A program made the position numbers and the translations under genes. A DNA stretch of 64,000 nucleotides from Candidatus Bathyarchaeota archaeon (GTDB lineage Archaea; Thermoproteota; CALKCG01; B24; DRYS01): contig JAGTQC010000005.1 of assembly GCA_018396535.1 (NCBI GenBank), positions 64,001-128,000 on the forward strand. Reading direction: 5' to 3'. A model generated the notes under the pieces. That model searched no databases. It was not told the origin of the DNA and was given only the letters and a program-made list of their open reading frames with translations. Each line of letters opens with the position of its first letter. Position 1 is the first letter of the stretch. Shown piece by piece: positions 40,635 to 50,699 of the stretch.

Positions 40635-42926
40635 CTACATCACATCTACATGACTAAAGAATATCCTTCTAGAATCTAGAATTCTAGCTGTTCCAACTAT
40701 TTCAAATTTTCCTGTTAACCTTATATCCTCAGAGGAGCTACCCACCATTACGGTATATACGCCAGGCTCTACCGTTAGCTTCATACGGCGATCGTAGAAA
40801 GCTAACTGCTCAGCCCAGAGCTTGAATCTAACAGTTTTAACCTCCCCTACATTCACTGGTATCCTCTTGAATCCCTTAAGCTCCTTAACAGGTCTAGATA
40901 CGGATGGGGTATCCTTACGTATATACAGTTGTACAACCTCCTCTCCTAAACGTGTACCAGTATTCTCTATCCTAAGCTTCACTTCTACATAGCCGTTAGG
41001 CTGTATCCTAGATGGTGATATCTCTAGGTCTCTATAGCTAAAGCTAGTATAGCTTAAGCCGTGGCCGAACGGGTATAAGGGTTTAGCATCCATAGAGATA
41101 TAGCTTCTGAACGATGACGGTCTCCTAGAATAGTAGACTGGTATCTGCCCAGTCTCCTTAGGTATAGATATCGGGAGTCTACCAGCCGGGTTGTAGTATC
41201 CGAAGAGTATATCCGCTATAGCGTTTCCCCCTTCCTCTCCTGGGAACCATGCTTCGATTATAGCTTGACACTTATCGACTATACGATCGAGTATAAGTGG
41301 TCTACCGTTAACCAATACTAGTATGATAGGCTTACCTACGCTATGTAGTGCTTCTACAAATTCCTCCTGTACACCTGGAAGCCTTAGATCCACCCTATCA
41401 TTCCCCTCACCGGATAAGCCTGAACCGAATAATCCAGATGTTTCACCTAGTACAGCTACCACTACATCGGATTTCTCAGCTATAGCTATAGCTTCATCAA
41501 ACCCCTCCTTAGATGTACTCGATACATCGCAGCCCATAGCATAGTATACGCTACATGAGGAGGGTACTCTACTCTTTATCCCATCTAGTACGCTCACTAT
41601 CCTTACAGCATCTACCGCTGTACGTACATGCACAGTGTAACTATAATCTCCTAGGAGGCATCTAGTCGAAGCCGCATTCGGACCTACCACTGCTATAGAC
41701 CTGATATCTCTAGGTATCGGTAGTATACCATCGTTTTTAAGTAGGATTATAGATTCCCTCGCCACTTGGAGAGCTAGGCTTCTATCCTCCTCAGTATCGA
41801 ATAGAGATGGAGCTCTATCCACATCTACATATGGATCTTCGAATAAGCCTAGAAGGAACTTTACCCTTAAAACCCTGGCTACAGCTATATCCACCAACTC
41901 CTCAGATACGAGCCCCTCACGTACAGCTTGCAGTAGTGGATCCCCATAACATAGTCTATCTGGAAGCTCAACATCTATACCAGCTTCTAATGCCTGTATA
42001 GCTGCATCCCTCTCATCATAGGCTACAAGGTGGAAAGTCTTCAGCATTCTTATAGCTCCGTAATCGGATACGACGTATCCCTGAAACCCCCATTCACCTC
42101 TAAGTATATCTGTAAGTAGTTCACGTGAAGCTGCACATGGTATACCATCTATATCATGGTATGCATTCATAAGCGATAATGCTCCAGCACATTTCACAGC
42201 AGCTTCGAAGGGGAACATGAATACCTCCCTTAATTCTCTAGGAGAAACATGTACTGGAGCTAGGTTCCTACCCCCCTCAGGAACACCGTGGGCTACGAAG
42301 TGTTTAGGTGTAGCTACAACCCCATACCTGATATCAGAGCCTTGTAGACCGCGTATGTAGGCTACACCTATAGATGCAGCTAGGTATGGATCCTCACCAT
42401 AAGTCTCCTCAGTCCTACCCCACCTAGGATCTCTCGCTATATCTAACACTGGTGCTAAACCTTGATGCGCTCCCACAGCCCTCATTTGTCTACGTATAAC
42501 TTCAGCTACTCTCTCTACGAGTTGCGGATTCCAAGTACTAGCTAGGTTTATAGCCTGCGGGAAGCTGGTAGCGTTGAAAGCCATGAATCCTGCTAGACAC
42601 TCCTCATGTACTATAGCTGGTATACCTAGTCTAGTCTCTTCTCTTAGAAACCTCTGTATAGCATTCGCTACTTCAGCCGCCTCCCTAGGTGTTAAACCTA
42701 TCCTACTACCTGAGACCCTAGTTATCTGTCCTACACCATGCTTGAGGAGCTCCCTAGCCTTCTCTACAGAAAACTTTCTCCCATCGAGTAGCTTAGAAAC
42801 ATCTACCGACGATAGCTGAGCTATCTTCTCCTCAAGAGTCATCCTGGAGAGTAGATCCTTAACCCTATACTCTATAGGTAGATTCGGATCGAGGTATGGA
42901 GGTTTAGATGACTGTTGAGAAGACAT
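40635..42926 (-). CDS. GH3 beta-glucosidase/beta-xylosidase
   Basis: RDPRWGRTEETYGEDP, KHF, VSDY nucleophile and C-terminal Fn3 domain. Confidence 0.95.
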   Translation of the reverse strand: MSSQQSSKPPYLDPNLPIEYRVKDLLSRMTLEEKIAQLSSVDVSKLLDGRKFSVEKARELLKHGVGQITRVSGSRIGLTPREAAEVANAIQRFLREETRLGIPAIVHEECLAGFMAFNATSFPQAINLASTWNPQLVERVAEVIRRQMRAVGAHQGLAPVLDIARDPRWGRTEETYGEDPYLAASIGVAYIRGLQGSDIRYGVVATPKHFVAHGVPEGGRNLAPVHVSPRELREVFMFPFEAAVKCAGALSLMNAYHDIDGIPCAASRELLTDILRGEWGFQGYVVSDYGAIRMLKTFHLVAYDERDAAIQALEAGIDVELPDRLCYGDPLLQAVREGLVSEELVDIAVARVLRVKFLLGLFEDPYVDVDRAPSLFDTEEDRSLALQVARESIILLKNDGILPIPRDIRSIAVVGPNAASTRCLLGDYSYTVHVRTAVDAVRIVSVLDGIKSRVPSSCSVYYAMGCDVSSTSKEGFDEAIAIAEKSDVVVAVLGETSGLFGSGLSGEGNDRVDLRLPGVQEEFVEALHSVGKPIILVLVNGRPLILDRIVDKCQAIIEAWFPGEEGGNAIADILFGYYNPAGRLPISIPKETGQIPVYYSRRPSSFRSYISMDAKPLYPFGHGLSYTSFSYRDLEISPSRIQPNGYVEVKLRIENTGTRLGEEVVQLYIRKDTPSVSRPVKELKGFKRIPVNVGEVKTVRFKLWAEQLAFYDRRMKLTVEPGVYTVMVGSSSEDIRLTGKFEIVGTARILDSRRIFFSHVDVM

Positions 42927-42999
42927 TACGTTAAGATATCCGTTTAACAGTATATATAAGTCTAAGTCTAGTTATAGCTATCTACTGTATGATTATGAG

Positions 43000-43332
43000 A
43001 TGAGCTGTATAAAGGATAGTCTAGAAGTTGATGATCAAAGATACACGATGATGTATATCGAGCTAGAGAACTCCATACTAGTAGTGTTTAGTGAAGGTAA
43101 TCCTAGACTCGGAACCCTAGCTGCTGCTACCGATATCGGTCTATCATCTATAATCCTCGGAGGTAGGAGTATACTTCTAGCTAAATCTCTTGCATTACTC
43201 CTCTTCCAAAGGTTTAGGATACCAGTAATACTCTCCCTATACGTATCTGAAGGGGTTAATGAGAAGAGGATCCTCGATGTATTCCTAAAACTTCTAGATA
43301 GAGTTAGTAGGAGACGAGCTCAGATAGTGTAG
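43000..43332 (+). CDS. Small conserved hypothetical protein (possibly proteasome-assembly-chaperone-like)
   Basis: 110-aa ORF with the RLGTLA motif. Confidence 0.45.
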   Translation: MSCIKDSLEVDDQRYTMMYIELENSILVVFSEGNPRLGTLAAATDIGLSSIILGGRSILLAKSLALLLFQRFRIPVILSLYVSEGVNEKRILDVFLKLLDRVSRRRAQIV

Positions 43333-44575
43333 GGCTTCCTAGAACCTTCCTCGATGCCTCAGCTACCCTATCCCTAAACTCCCTGTATGTATATACTCTA
43401 ACTATGTTCATAAACGATTTGAGTACAGAGACTAATTGTGAAGCTTCAGCTAACCTATACCTACTCACCCTCCCATCTAATTCTACTTTAAATACAGGTA
43501 TCTGGTAGGCTTCGACATCCATAGCGTATGCATACGGTACTGATGGAAGTGAGGGTGCATCTATAAATACCATAGATTGATCTACACCTGCTGTAGATGC
43601 TATCTCAGACTCAATCCTCATCCTAACAGACTCCTTAGCTAGGAGGGAAACTAGAAGCCTATCCTCTATGAAGTATAAGCGTTCGTACGCACACTTTAGA
43701 AGTCTTCGTGAAGCTATATCTTTGATAAACTTAGATGAATCCTTATTCTCTAGTAGTATCGACCACATCGTATAGTCATCTAAAGCTATATACTCCTCCA
43801 CACTACTAAAGAATGGTATCCCCATATCCTCCGCAGCTAGCTCTATAGCTTTACCTAGCATTATCTGAACAGCTCTAGATACCTTATGGTAATATATAGT
43901 CCTAAACGATTGGATACGAGCTATTAGAAATGATTCAAGAGTGGGTAGCGCTGTATAATCCACAGCTAGCTCTCCATCGATAATACCGAAGGTATATATC
44001 AACCTATAGATATCTATGGATCCATATCCAGCACCCGTATGGTAGGAGTCTCTTACTAGAAAGTCGAGTTTATCCGCATCTACCGCTCCATGTATAATCT
44101 GATTCATATAAGCCGGCATCTTTCTACATCTACCTACAGCGAGTAAGCCTATCTCTTCTGGGTTAAACCCGTAATTCTCTACAACATCTGCTATAGAAGT
44201 CTCCTTCACGATCTCTACAGTCATATCCTCATGGGTTTTACCTAGAAACTTGTATAGTAGTGGTTCGAATACATGGGAGAATGGACCGTGACCTACATCA
44301 TGTAGTAAGCCTGCTAATCTAAGTTTAACTATATCCTCCTCTGAGAGTTGTATAGGTAGATTCTGAGCGGCCAAACCAGCAAGATACATAACTCCTAGTG
44401 AATGTTCAAACCTAGTATGATTCGCAGCTGGGTATACATACTCCGCTCCACATAGCTGTTTTATACGTCTAAGTCTCTGAACAGCATCCTGATCTATGAT
44501 ATCCCTCTCAAACTCTGTTACCCTTACATACCCGTATATGGGGTCTTTAATGAATCCCCAGTACTTACTATACAA
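43304..44575 (-). CDS. HD-domain phosphohydrolase (SAMHD1/dNTPase-like)
   Basis: QRLRRIKQL, HTRFEHSLG, LHDVGHGPFSH and DADKLD. Confidence 0.93.
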   Translation of the reverse strand: MYSKYWGFIKDPIYGYVRVTEFERDIIDQDAVQRLRRIKQLCGAEYVYPAANHTRFEHSLGVMYLAGLAAQNLPIQLSEEDIVKLRLAGLLHDVGHGPFSHVFEPLLYKFLGKTHEDMTVEIVKETSIADVVENYGFNPEEIGLLAVGRCRKMPAYMNQIIHGAVDADKLDFLVRDSYHTGAGYGSIDIYRLIYTFGIIDGELAVDYTALPTLESFLIARIQSFRTIYYHKVSRAVQIMLGKAIELAAEDMGIPFFSSVEEYIALDDYTMWSILLENKDSSKFIKDIASRRLLKCAYERLYFIEDRLLVSLLAKESVRMRIESEIASTAGVDQSMVFIDAPSLPSVPYAYAMDVEAYQIPVFKVELDGRVSRYRLAEASQLVSVLKSFMNIVRVYTYREFRDRVAEASRKVLGSPTLSELVSY

Positions 44576-44644
44576 GATCTAGACACCCTAACCCTATATA
44601 TCTAGACGTTAGGTAAGTCATATAAATGGGTTAAGGTGTAGGTT

Positions 44645-45502
44645 GTGAACGTAGATGCAGCTATACTTAACGATGTACTATCAAACTTAGAGCAGATAGT
44701 ATCGAAGTATGAGTATTTTACAAGCGATGTAGCTGCTGAACTTAAGAGTATTTGTAGAGGCCTACATCCAGTAGTGGTTAGACGTATATATGTATCGGTT
44801 AGAGGGTTACTTACACCGAAACCGAAGGTTTATAATGGTTTATTCATAGCCGTATCTGGTATCGATAAATCTGGTAAAGAGACGCAATGCTTTAATCCAA
44901 ATCATCTAGAGGGTGTAGTATCGGTTAAAGACCTACTTAAAAACTATGGTTACCGTGTATACGCTGTAAGTTTACCAAGCTATAATACCGTTTTAGGCTC
45001 GCTTGTTGGAGCATACATAGGGAGGAGTGATACTAGGTATAGGATAGTATTGACTGGGAGGATAGATGATGATTTAGCTTGGATTTTGTGGAGCTTAGAT
45101 AGGGGACAGTATGCTGAAAGAGTTTCGAAGATACTTCTAGATGGAGGCTCCGCTATACTAGCTAAGAGATGGACTGAGAGCAATCTTGCATATCAGGCTG
45201 CTAAAGGTATAGATCCGTCTAGGATACTACTCTTCGAGAGGAATATACCTCAACCGAGTTTAACTATAGTGATAGATATACCTGTAGAGGAGGTTCTACG
45301 TAGGGTTAAAGATCCAGATCTATACGAGCGGAGTAGTAGATATCTAGATATGGTTCGTAAGATGTATTTCAAGCTGATAGAGGATGGATTAATAAGATCT
45401 ACTATCATAGTTAACGGTCTAGGTAAGCCGGAGGATGTTAATCGAAGATTAATAGCGGTAATACGCCATGCTATACCTAGGAGACGAGTACAGGAGGGTT
45501 GA
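44645..45502 (+). CDS. tmk: Thymidylate kinase with about 60-aa N-terminal extension
   Basis: P-loop GIDKSGKETQ, RWTESNLAYQ and P.LTIVID. Confidence 0.75.
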   Translation: MNVDAAILNDVLSNLEQIVSKYEYFTSDVAAELKSICRGLHPVVVRRIYVSVRGLLTPKPKVYNGLFIAVSGIDKSGKETQCFNPNHLEGVVSVKDLLKNYGYRVYAVSLPSYNTVLGSLVGAYIGRSDTRYRIVLTGRIDDDLAWILWSLDRGQYAERVSKILLDGGSAILAKRWTESNLAYQAAKGIDPSRILLFERNIPQPSLTIVIDIPVEEVLRRVKDPDLYERSSRYLDMVRKMYFKLIEDGLIRSTIIVNGLGKPEDVNRRLIAVIRHAIPRRRVQEG

Positions 45503-45907
45503 GCTTGCTTAAAGCTTCGATAACCTCTCGTATACTATTCATCCTAAATAACAAATTTAATGAGTATGATAGCTTATGCATTTATATATGAATCAATTCT
45601 TGAATAATAGTCTCTTAATTAACTGTTTCATCTTCTCCTACTTTCTAGGCTTCTTCATCGAATCTGATAGTCTAAAGCCTAGAATAGTGGGAAGGTAGAG
45701 TAAAGAAGCGAAGGTAGTGTAGGGAAACAATATCTATGAACGCGACTATGGATCTTGGAAAGGATGTAGTTATGAAAATCGAAGGGAAGGGATGGGGGTA
45801 CCTCACCCATAAGGATTGGCTATGATTAGAATGTTATGGAAGCTTTAATAGAATTGAGGATTAGGAAACCCTTATATCCTCCTTAGATCACCTCTTCGTA
45901 GGGAGGT

Positions 45908-46186
45908 ATGAAAGTACCCACCTCTATAAACACCTACTGCCCTAAATGTAGAGCGAAGACTGAGCATAAGGTATCGATATATAGACGTGGTAAGGAGAGC
46001 TCTCTCAGAAAGGGTGCTAGGCATCATGAATGGCAACTGCATGGGTATGGTGGACAGAAATTCCCTGAGCAGAGGAAGCATGCTAAAACTACTAAGAAAC
46101 AGGTTATACTATTAAGTTGTGTTAAATGTGGTTATACTCTTCATCGTTTAGGTGTAAGACTTAGTAAGCTAGAGGTTAAACATTAG
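45908..46186 (+). CDS. rpl44e: 50S ribosomal protein L44e (eL42)
   Basis: TYCPKC, GYGGQKFP, AKTTKK and CVKCG. Confidence 0.96.
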   Translation: MKVPTSINTYCPKCRAKTEHKVSIYRRGKESSLRKGARHHEWQLHGYGGQKFPEQRKHAKTTKKQVILLSCVKCGYTLHRLGVRLSKLEVKH

Positions 46187-46232
46187 GTAGCATAAAGATT
46201 AATTAGTTTCGAGAATTACTAATCTTTTAGCT

Positions 46233-46486
46233 ATGCCGAAAGCATTCGTCCTCATAAATGCTGAGATAGGGTATGAGAGTGAAGTATTGAAATCTTTGAA
46301 GAAGATAGAGAATGTGAAGGAAGCATATATGGTGTATGGTATATATGATATAATCGTTAGGGTAGAAAGGGGTTGTTAAACCCCCTATAAGCCGATAGTA
46401 TGGAGAAGCTTAAGGAGATAGTTACGTGGAAGATAAGGAGATTAGAGCATGTTCAGAGTACTCTAACGATGATAGTCATAGAGTAG
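46233..46486 (+). CDS. Intron-containing stand-alone Lrp/AsnC (RAM) domain protein: join(46233..46367,46391..46486), 76 aa
   Basis: Spliced translation MPKAFVLINAEIGYESEVLKSLKKIENVKEAYMVYGIYDIIVRVE|ADSMEKLKEIVTWKIRRLEHVQSTLTMIVIE* matches the G.YD....EA and ST.T motifs of the paralogues at 4284-4757. Confidence 0.88.
46368..46390 (+). other. Putative 23-nt bulge-helix-bulge (BHB) mRNA intron
   Basis: AGGGGTTGTTAAACCCCCTATAA; central helix GUAG/CUAU, bulges AAA and AAG, intron stem GGGGUU/AACCCC. Canonical cuts restore the frame. Confidence 0.8.
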
Positions 46487-46497
46487 ACGTAGAATCT

Positions 46498-47124
46498 CTA
46501 GATACCATGTAGTCTAATCTTAAACGCTGAGAGGATAAGTCTTAGAAGTGTAGAGGATACTACAGGTATACTAGATTCATCTACGAACGATGCTATCAGA
46601 CCTACAGCATCGATTTTTTTAATCCTAGCTAAGCCTACTATCAACCCTGAAAGACCTTCAACTCTACTTCTAGAGATAGTCTTAACATTGTATCCCTTGA
46701 ATATGTCTAGGAGATTTCTCCTAGAAGCGAATGCTAGTATATCCTCGCTACTCGATTTAATCCCATCCAACGCTACTACGAGTCTGCATCTATATCTACG
46801 TGTATAGTCTAGTATAAGACCTGCTATCTCATAGTATGGTTCTGGGCTGACCGGGCTAGGTTGAACCCTAGCTTCAACTAGTATAATCCTAGGATCTGAA
46901 TCCGATATATAGTACCATTCATAGCTGTTCAGTTTAGCTAAACCTAGCTCATCTATATCTGTATAATCTGGATTATAGGGAGTATACATGTGAGCGAATA
47001 ACGCTCCTCCAGCTATAGACCTCATTTTCCTAAGAGTTAAATATCCAACCTCCCCCACCCCTACCAATAGTATAGATGGTTCGATACCTTCTTCACGGAT
47101 GATTCTTAAACTCGTCTTCAACAT
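46498..47124 (-). CDS. PAC2-family proteasome assembly chaperone
   Basis: G.GEVG, QP, VVALDG and GLSGLIVG..GL pattern. Confidence 0.75.
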   Translation of the reverse strand: MLKTSLRIIREEGIEPSILLVGVGEVGYLTLRKMRSIAGGALFAHMYTPYNPDYTDIDELGLAKLNSYEWYYISDSDPRIILVEARVQPSPVSPEPYYEIAGLILDYTRRYRCRLVVALDGIKSSSEDILAFASRRNLLDIFKGYNVKTISRSRVEGLSGLIVGLARIKKIDAVGLIASFVDESSIPVVSSTLLRLILSAFKIRLHGI

Positions 47125-47291
47125 GGCTTGATAGTTACGAGTAGTATCTAATAATGTGATATAAATTTAACCTGTTTCTCATGGAGTATACGATCTATAT
47201 CCATCGCATAGTGTTGCAGTATGATACGTACAATTCTATTCGATTATATTTATTAGCTGAACAGGCTTAGCATCCTTATGGGTGTTATGCA

Positions 47292-49298
47292 TTGGTATTC
47301 ATCTTTGGTGTAGACTATTATCCTGAGCATTGGCCTAGGAGTAGATGGGATATCGATGCCGAGCTTATGTCTGAGTTATGCTTTAACACCGTACGTCTAG
47401 CAGAGTTTTCTTGGAGTAGGATAGAGCCTAGGGATGGTGTATATGATTTCGGATGGTTAGATGAAGCTATCGATATACTAGCTAAGAAGGGTATAAGGGT
47501 TATACTAGGTACTCCTACCGCAGCTCCTCCACCATGGCTTATAAGAAAGTATCCAGATATCCTACGTATAGATCCTAACGGTATTAGAGCTCCCGCTGGG
47601 ACTAGGAGGAATTACTGTCCGAATAATCCAAACTATATAATGCATACTAAGAGGATAGTCGAGAGGATGGCTTCGCACTATAAGGATAACCCTCATATCA
47701 TCGGCTGGCAGATAGATAATGAATTCGGGATAGATCCATGCTACTGTGATAACTGTATAGAAGCTTTTAGAAGCTGGTTGAGGGAGAAGTATCGGGATAT
47801 AGATTTACTGAATAAGTTTTGGGGCTCCATATTTTGGAGTCAGGAGTATAGGGATTGGGGTGAGATACAGCCACCTAAGCCTCCTTTGGATATGCAGAAT
47901 CCTAGTCTATGCCTTGATTGGCATAGATTCATGAATGATTCATGGGTGAGCTACCAGAAAATACAGGTGAATATTATCCGTAGGATCGCACCCCATCATA
48001 TAGTCACGCATAATCTTATGGGGTTGTATAAGGAGCTCGACTACTTTAAACTAGCTGAACCGCTGGATGTAGTCTCGTTCGATTACTATCCTAAGCGTAG
48101 TCTAACCGTAGACTATGCGAGGGGGGCTATGGCTCACGATGTTATGCGTAGTTTAAAGAAGAAGGGTTACTGGGTTATGGAGCTTCAAAGTGGAGCTATA
48201 AAAGCTCCTATGGCTCCTATACCTAAACCTGGTGAGATAAGGCTTTGGACTTTCCAATCGGTGGCAAGGGGGGCTGATGGAATACTATACTTTAGATGGA
48301 GATCTTGTAGGTTTGGAGCTGAAGAGTATTGGCACGGTATCTTAGATCATGATGGTATTCCTAGAAGGAGGTTCTCAGAGGTTAAGAAGGTATCGGAGGA
48401 TCTTAGGAAGGTGGCTCCGTATATAGAGGGCACGATAGTTAAGCCTGAGATAGCCTTCACCCTAGTCTACGATAGCATCTGGGCTTGGGATCTAGAATTA
48501 ACTTATGGTGGAAGAAATTATTATGGTCTAGGCTCATGGGATCCAGCTCTGGATGTATATAGAGCGTTATACTCTAGGAATCTACCAGTGGATTTTGTCA
48601 ACCCATATAGAGATGATCTATCTAGGTATAGGATCGTCTTCGCACCCCCACTCATCCTTATGGATAAGCATATAGAGGATCGTTTAAGAAGCTATGTCAG
48701 TGATGGGGGTATACTAGTAGCGGTACCTAGAACCGGGGTGAAGGATTGGAATAACGTTATAGTCGATTCTACACTACCAGGTGGTTTATCTGATGTATTC
48801 GGTATAAATCTGGAGGAGTATACTGGTCTACCAGATGAGAGTAGAGTATACGTAGAGATGGATGAAGCTATCTTCGGTAAGAAGGTGGTGGGATCGGGTA
48901 GGTGCTGGGCTGAGATGTTAGCATCTAGGGGAGCTGATATTATCGCATACTATAGATCCGGTATATATGATGGAAGGCCTGCTATAGCTATGAATAGGTA
49001 TGGTAGAGGTATCGCCATATATATCGGATCGTTTCTAGATACGAGTAGCTATATACCGCTGATAGATTGGTTGATTAGGATAGCTGATGTTAAGCCTATT
49101 CTACACCCGCTAGATGGGGTTGAAGCTATCGAGAGGATAGGTTCTGAAGGTAGGGTTGTATTCGTGTTAAACTATAATGAAAACTCGGTTAGCATACATC
49201 TAGAGGAGGAGTATCTAGATATTTTAGCCGGAGGAAGTGTTCGTGGAGATATAGGGGTCGACGGGTTGGATGTTAAGATACTTAGATCATCGAGTTAA
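47292..49298 (+). CDS. GH42 beta-galactosidase
   Basis: GVDYYPEHW, EFSWS, WQIDNE and WVMELQ. Confidence 0.95.
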   Translation: MVFIFGVDYYPEHWPRSRWDIDAELMSELCFNTVRLAEFSWSRIEPRDGVYDFGWLDEAIDILAKKGIRVILGTPTAAPPPWLIRKYPDILRIDPNGIRAPAGTRRNYCPNNPNYIMHTKRIVERMASHYKDNPHIIGWQIDNEFGIDPCYCDNCIEAFRSWLREKYRDIDLLNKFWGSIFWSQEYRDWGEIQPPKPPLDMQNPSLCLDWHRFMNDSWVSYQKIQVNIIRRIAPHHIVTHNLMGLYKELDYFKLAEPLDVVSFDYYPKRSLTVDYARGAMAHDVMRSLKKKGYWVMELQSGAIKAPMAPIPKPGEIRLWTFQSVARGADGILYFRWRSCRFGAEEYWHGILDHDGIPRRRFSEVKKVSEDLRKVAPYIEGTIVKPEIAFTLVYDSIWAWDLELTYGGRNYYGLGSWDPALDVYRALYSRNLPVDFVNPYRDDLSRYRIVFAPPLILMDKHIEDRLRSYVSDGGILVAVPRTGVKDWNNVIVDSTLPGGLSDVFGINLEEYTGLPDESRVYVEMDEAIFGKKVVGSGRCWAEMLASRGADIIAYYRSGIYDGRPAIAMNRYGRGIAIYIGSFLDTSSYIPLIDWLIRIADVKPILHPLDGVEAIERIGSEGRVVFVLNYNENSVSIHLEEEYLDILAGGSVRGDIGVDGLDVKILRSSS

Positions 49299-49312
49299 AC
49301 CCAACCCCTCAT

Positions 49313-50590
49313 CTATACATACTCCTCTACCACTATGACTGTATCTATAGGATCTAAAGGTTTCTCAGGTACCTCTACTACCAGATCTTTTCCATCCCAT
49401 CTATAGGTTAATCCTCCATTATCTTGAGCTGCTAGTAGGTATACCTCTCTAGGTTCAATCCTCCCCTCTACATCGAATATTCTAAGCTCCCTATCCCAGG
49501 GCCATCCGAATACATGTATATAGAGTTTACCATATCTATATGTACACCTATACGGCGCATCGCTAGGTATATCGAAGGGTGCTGCTCCAGCACCGTAGAT
49601 GCTTTCTCCATTCTTCCTAAGCCATCTACCTACCTCGAGTAGTATATCTACTGATGGTTTCGGTATCTCCCCTTCAGCAGTAGGCCCTACGTTGAGTAGT
49701 AGATTTCCACCCTTACCTACGACTTCTACAAGTATTTGTATAACTCTACCTGGAGACTTCCAGTTATGATCGTAGCTTTTATAACCCCATGTATCGTTAA
49801 GGGTCATAGGTACCTCCCAATCATCATCTATCTTTCTATCTGGTATCTGGTTATCGCCCATCGATATATAGTCAGCTAAACCTCTAGAAGGTATGGTAGG
49901 TCTACCTATCCTACCACCTATACGTCCGCTTATGATAGTCTCTGGAGATATTCTGCGAACTAGATCTCTAAGCTCGCGTGCAAGCTCAGGTATGGGGGTA
50001 GTTATATCGAACCATAATACTGCTACAGGCTTATATTTCGTTAGAAGTTCTTCGACTTGCGGCTCCACATACTCCCTGAAGTATCTTGTAAAATTTTGCT
50101 TCGATATATCGTAATCCCAATCGTTACCCATACCATCTGGATGATGCCAATCCAGCGTCTGAGAGTAGTAGAATCCAAGCTTCATACCCTCCATCCTACA
50201 AGCTTCTGCAAGCTCTTTAAGAGGATCTCTTCTAAACGGGGTTGCCTTAACGATATTATAGTCAGTATACCTTGTATCGAACATACAGAACCCATCATGA
50301 TGTTTAGCCGTTATAACGATATACTTCATACCTGCATCCCTAGCTATATGAACCCATTCTCTAGCGTTGAACTTGGTAGGGTTGAATCTCTCTGCAAGCT
50401 TCTCATACTCTCTCACAGGTATCCTAGCATTATACATTATCCATTCACCTATACCAGATATACACCTACCCCTCCACACACCAGCAGGTATAGCGTATAA
50501 ACCCCAGTGTATGAACATACCGAATCTAGCTTCACGCCACCAAGCCATACGTCTATCCCTTTCGCATATATGCTCCATTATAACCACCAC
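49313..50590 (-). CDS. GH29 alpha-L-fucosidase
   Basis: FGMFIHWG, TAKHHDGF, LWFD and GGNLLLNVGP. Confidence 0.95.
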   Translation of the reverse strand: MVVIMEHICERDRRMAWWREARFGMFIHWGLYAIPAGVWRGRCISGIGEWIMYNARIPVREYEKLAERFNPTKFNAREWVHIARDAGMKYIVITAKHHDGFCMFDTRYTDYNIVKATPFRRDPLKELAEACRMEGMKLGFYYSQTLDWHHPDGMGNDWDYDISKQNFTRYFREYVEPQVEELLTKYKPVAVLWFDITTPIPELARELRDLVRRISPETIISGRIGGRIGRPTIPSRGLADYISMGDNQIPDRKIDDDWEVPMTLNDTWGYKSYDHNWKSPGRVIQILVEVVGKGGNLLLNVGPTAEGEIPKPSVDILLEVGRWLRKNGESIYGAGAAPFDIPSDAPYRCTYRYGKLYIHVFGWPWDRELRIFDVEGRIEPREVYLLAAQDNGGLTYRWDGKDLVVEVPEKPLDPIDTVIVVEEYV

Positions 50591-50699
50591 TGATAGCTAG
50601 CGTAATGTAATCTTCATAAGATTTTCGAGATAGCTGAGTCTATATGGGATAATATTTATATAATACACCCATGTTACTACTGTTTTTCCTCAGCTAGGT

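Noticed and set aside
44890-44930. Stem around the tmk post-P-loop insertion as an in-frame intron
   Set aside because: No 4-bp central helix flanked by 3-nt bulges could be formed.
45886-45907. Anti-SD-like GATCACCTC hairpin occluding the rpl44e SD
   Set aside because: A TATA-like box at about 45872 implies transcription starts within or after the 5' arm, so the hairpin probably does not form.
49885-49925. Hairpin in the GH29 gene at an apparent insertion (GRIGGRIGRPTIP) as a second intron
   Set aside because: The geometry gives a 4-nt bulge and no exon pairing, so it is not a canonical BHB; the frame is intact.
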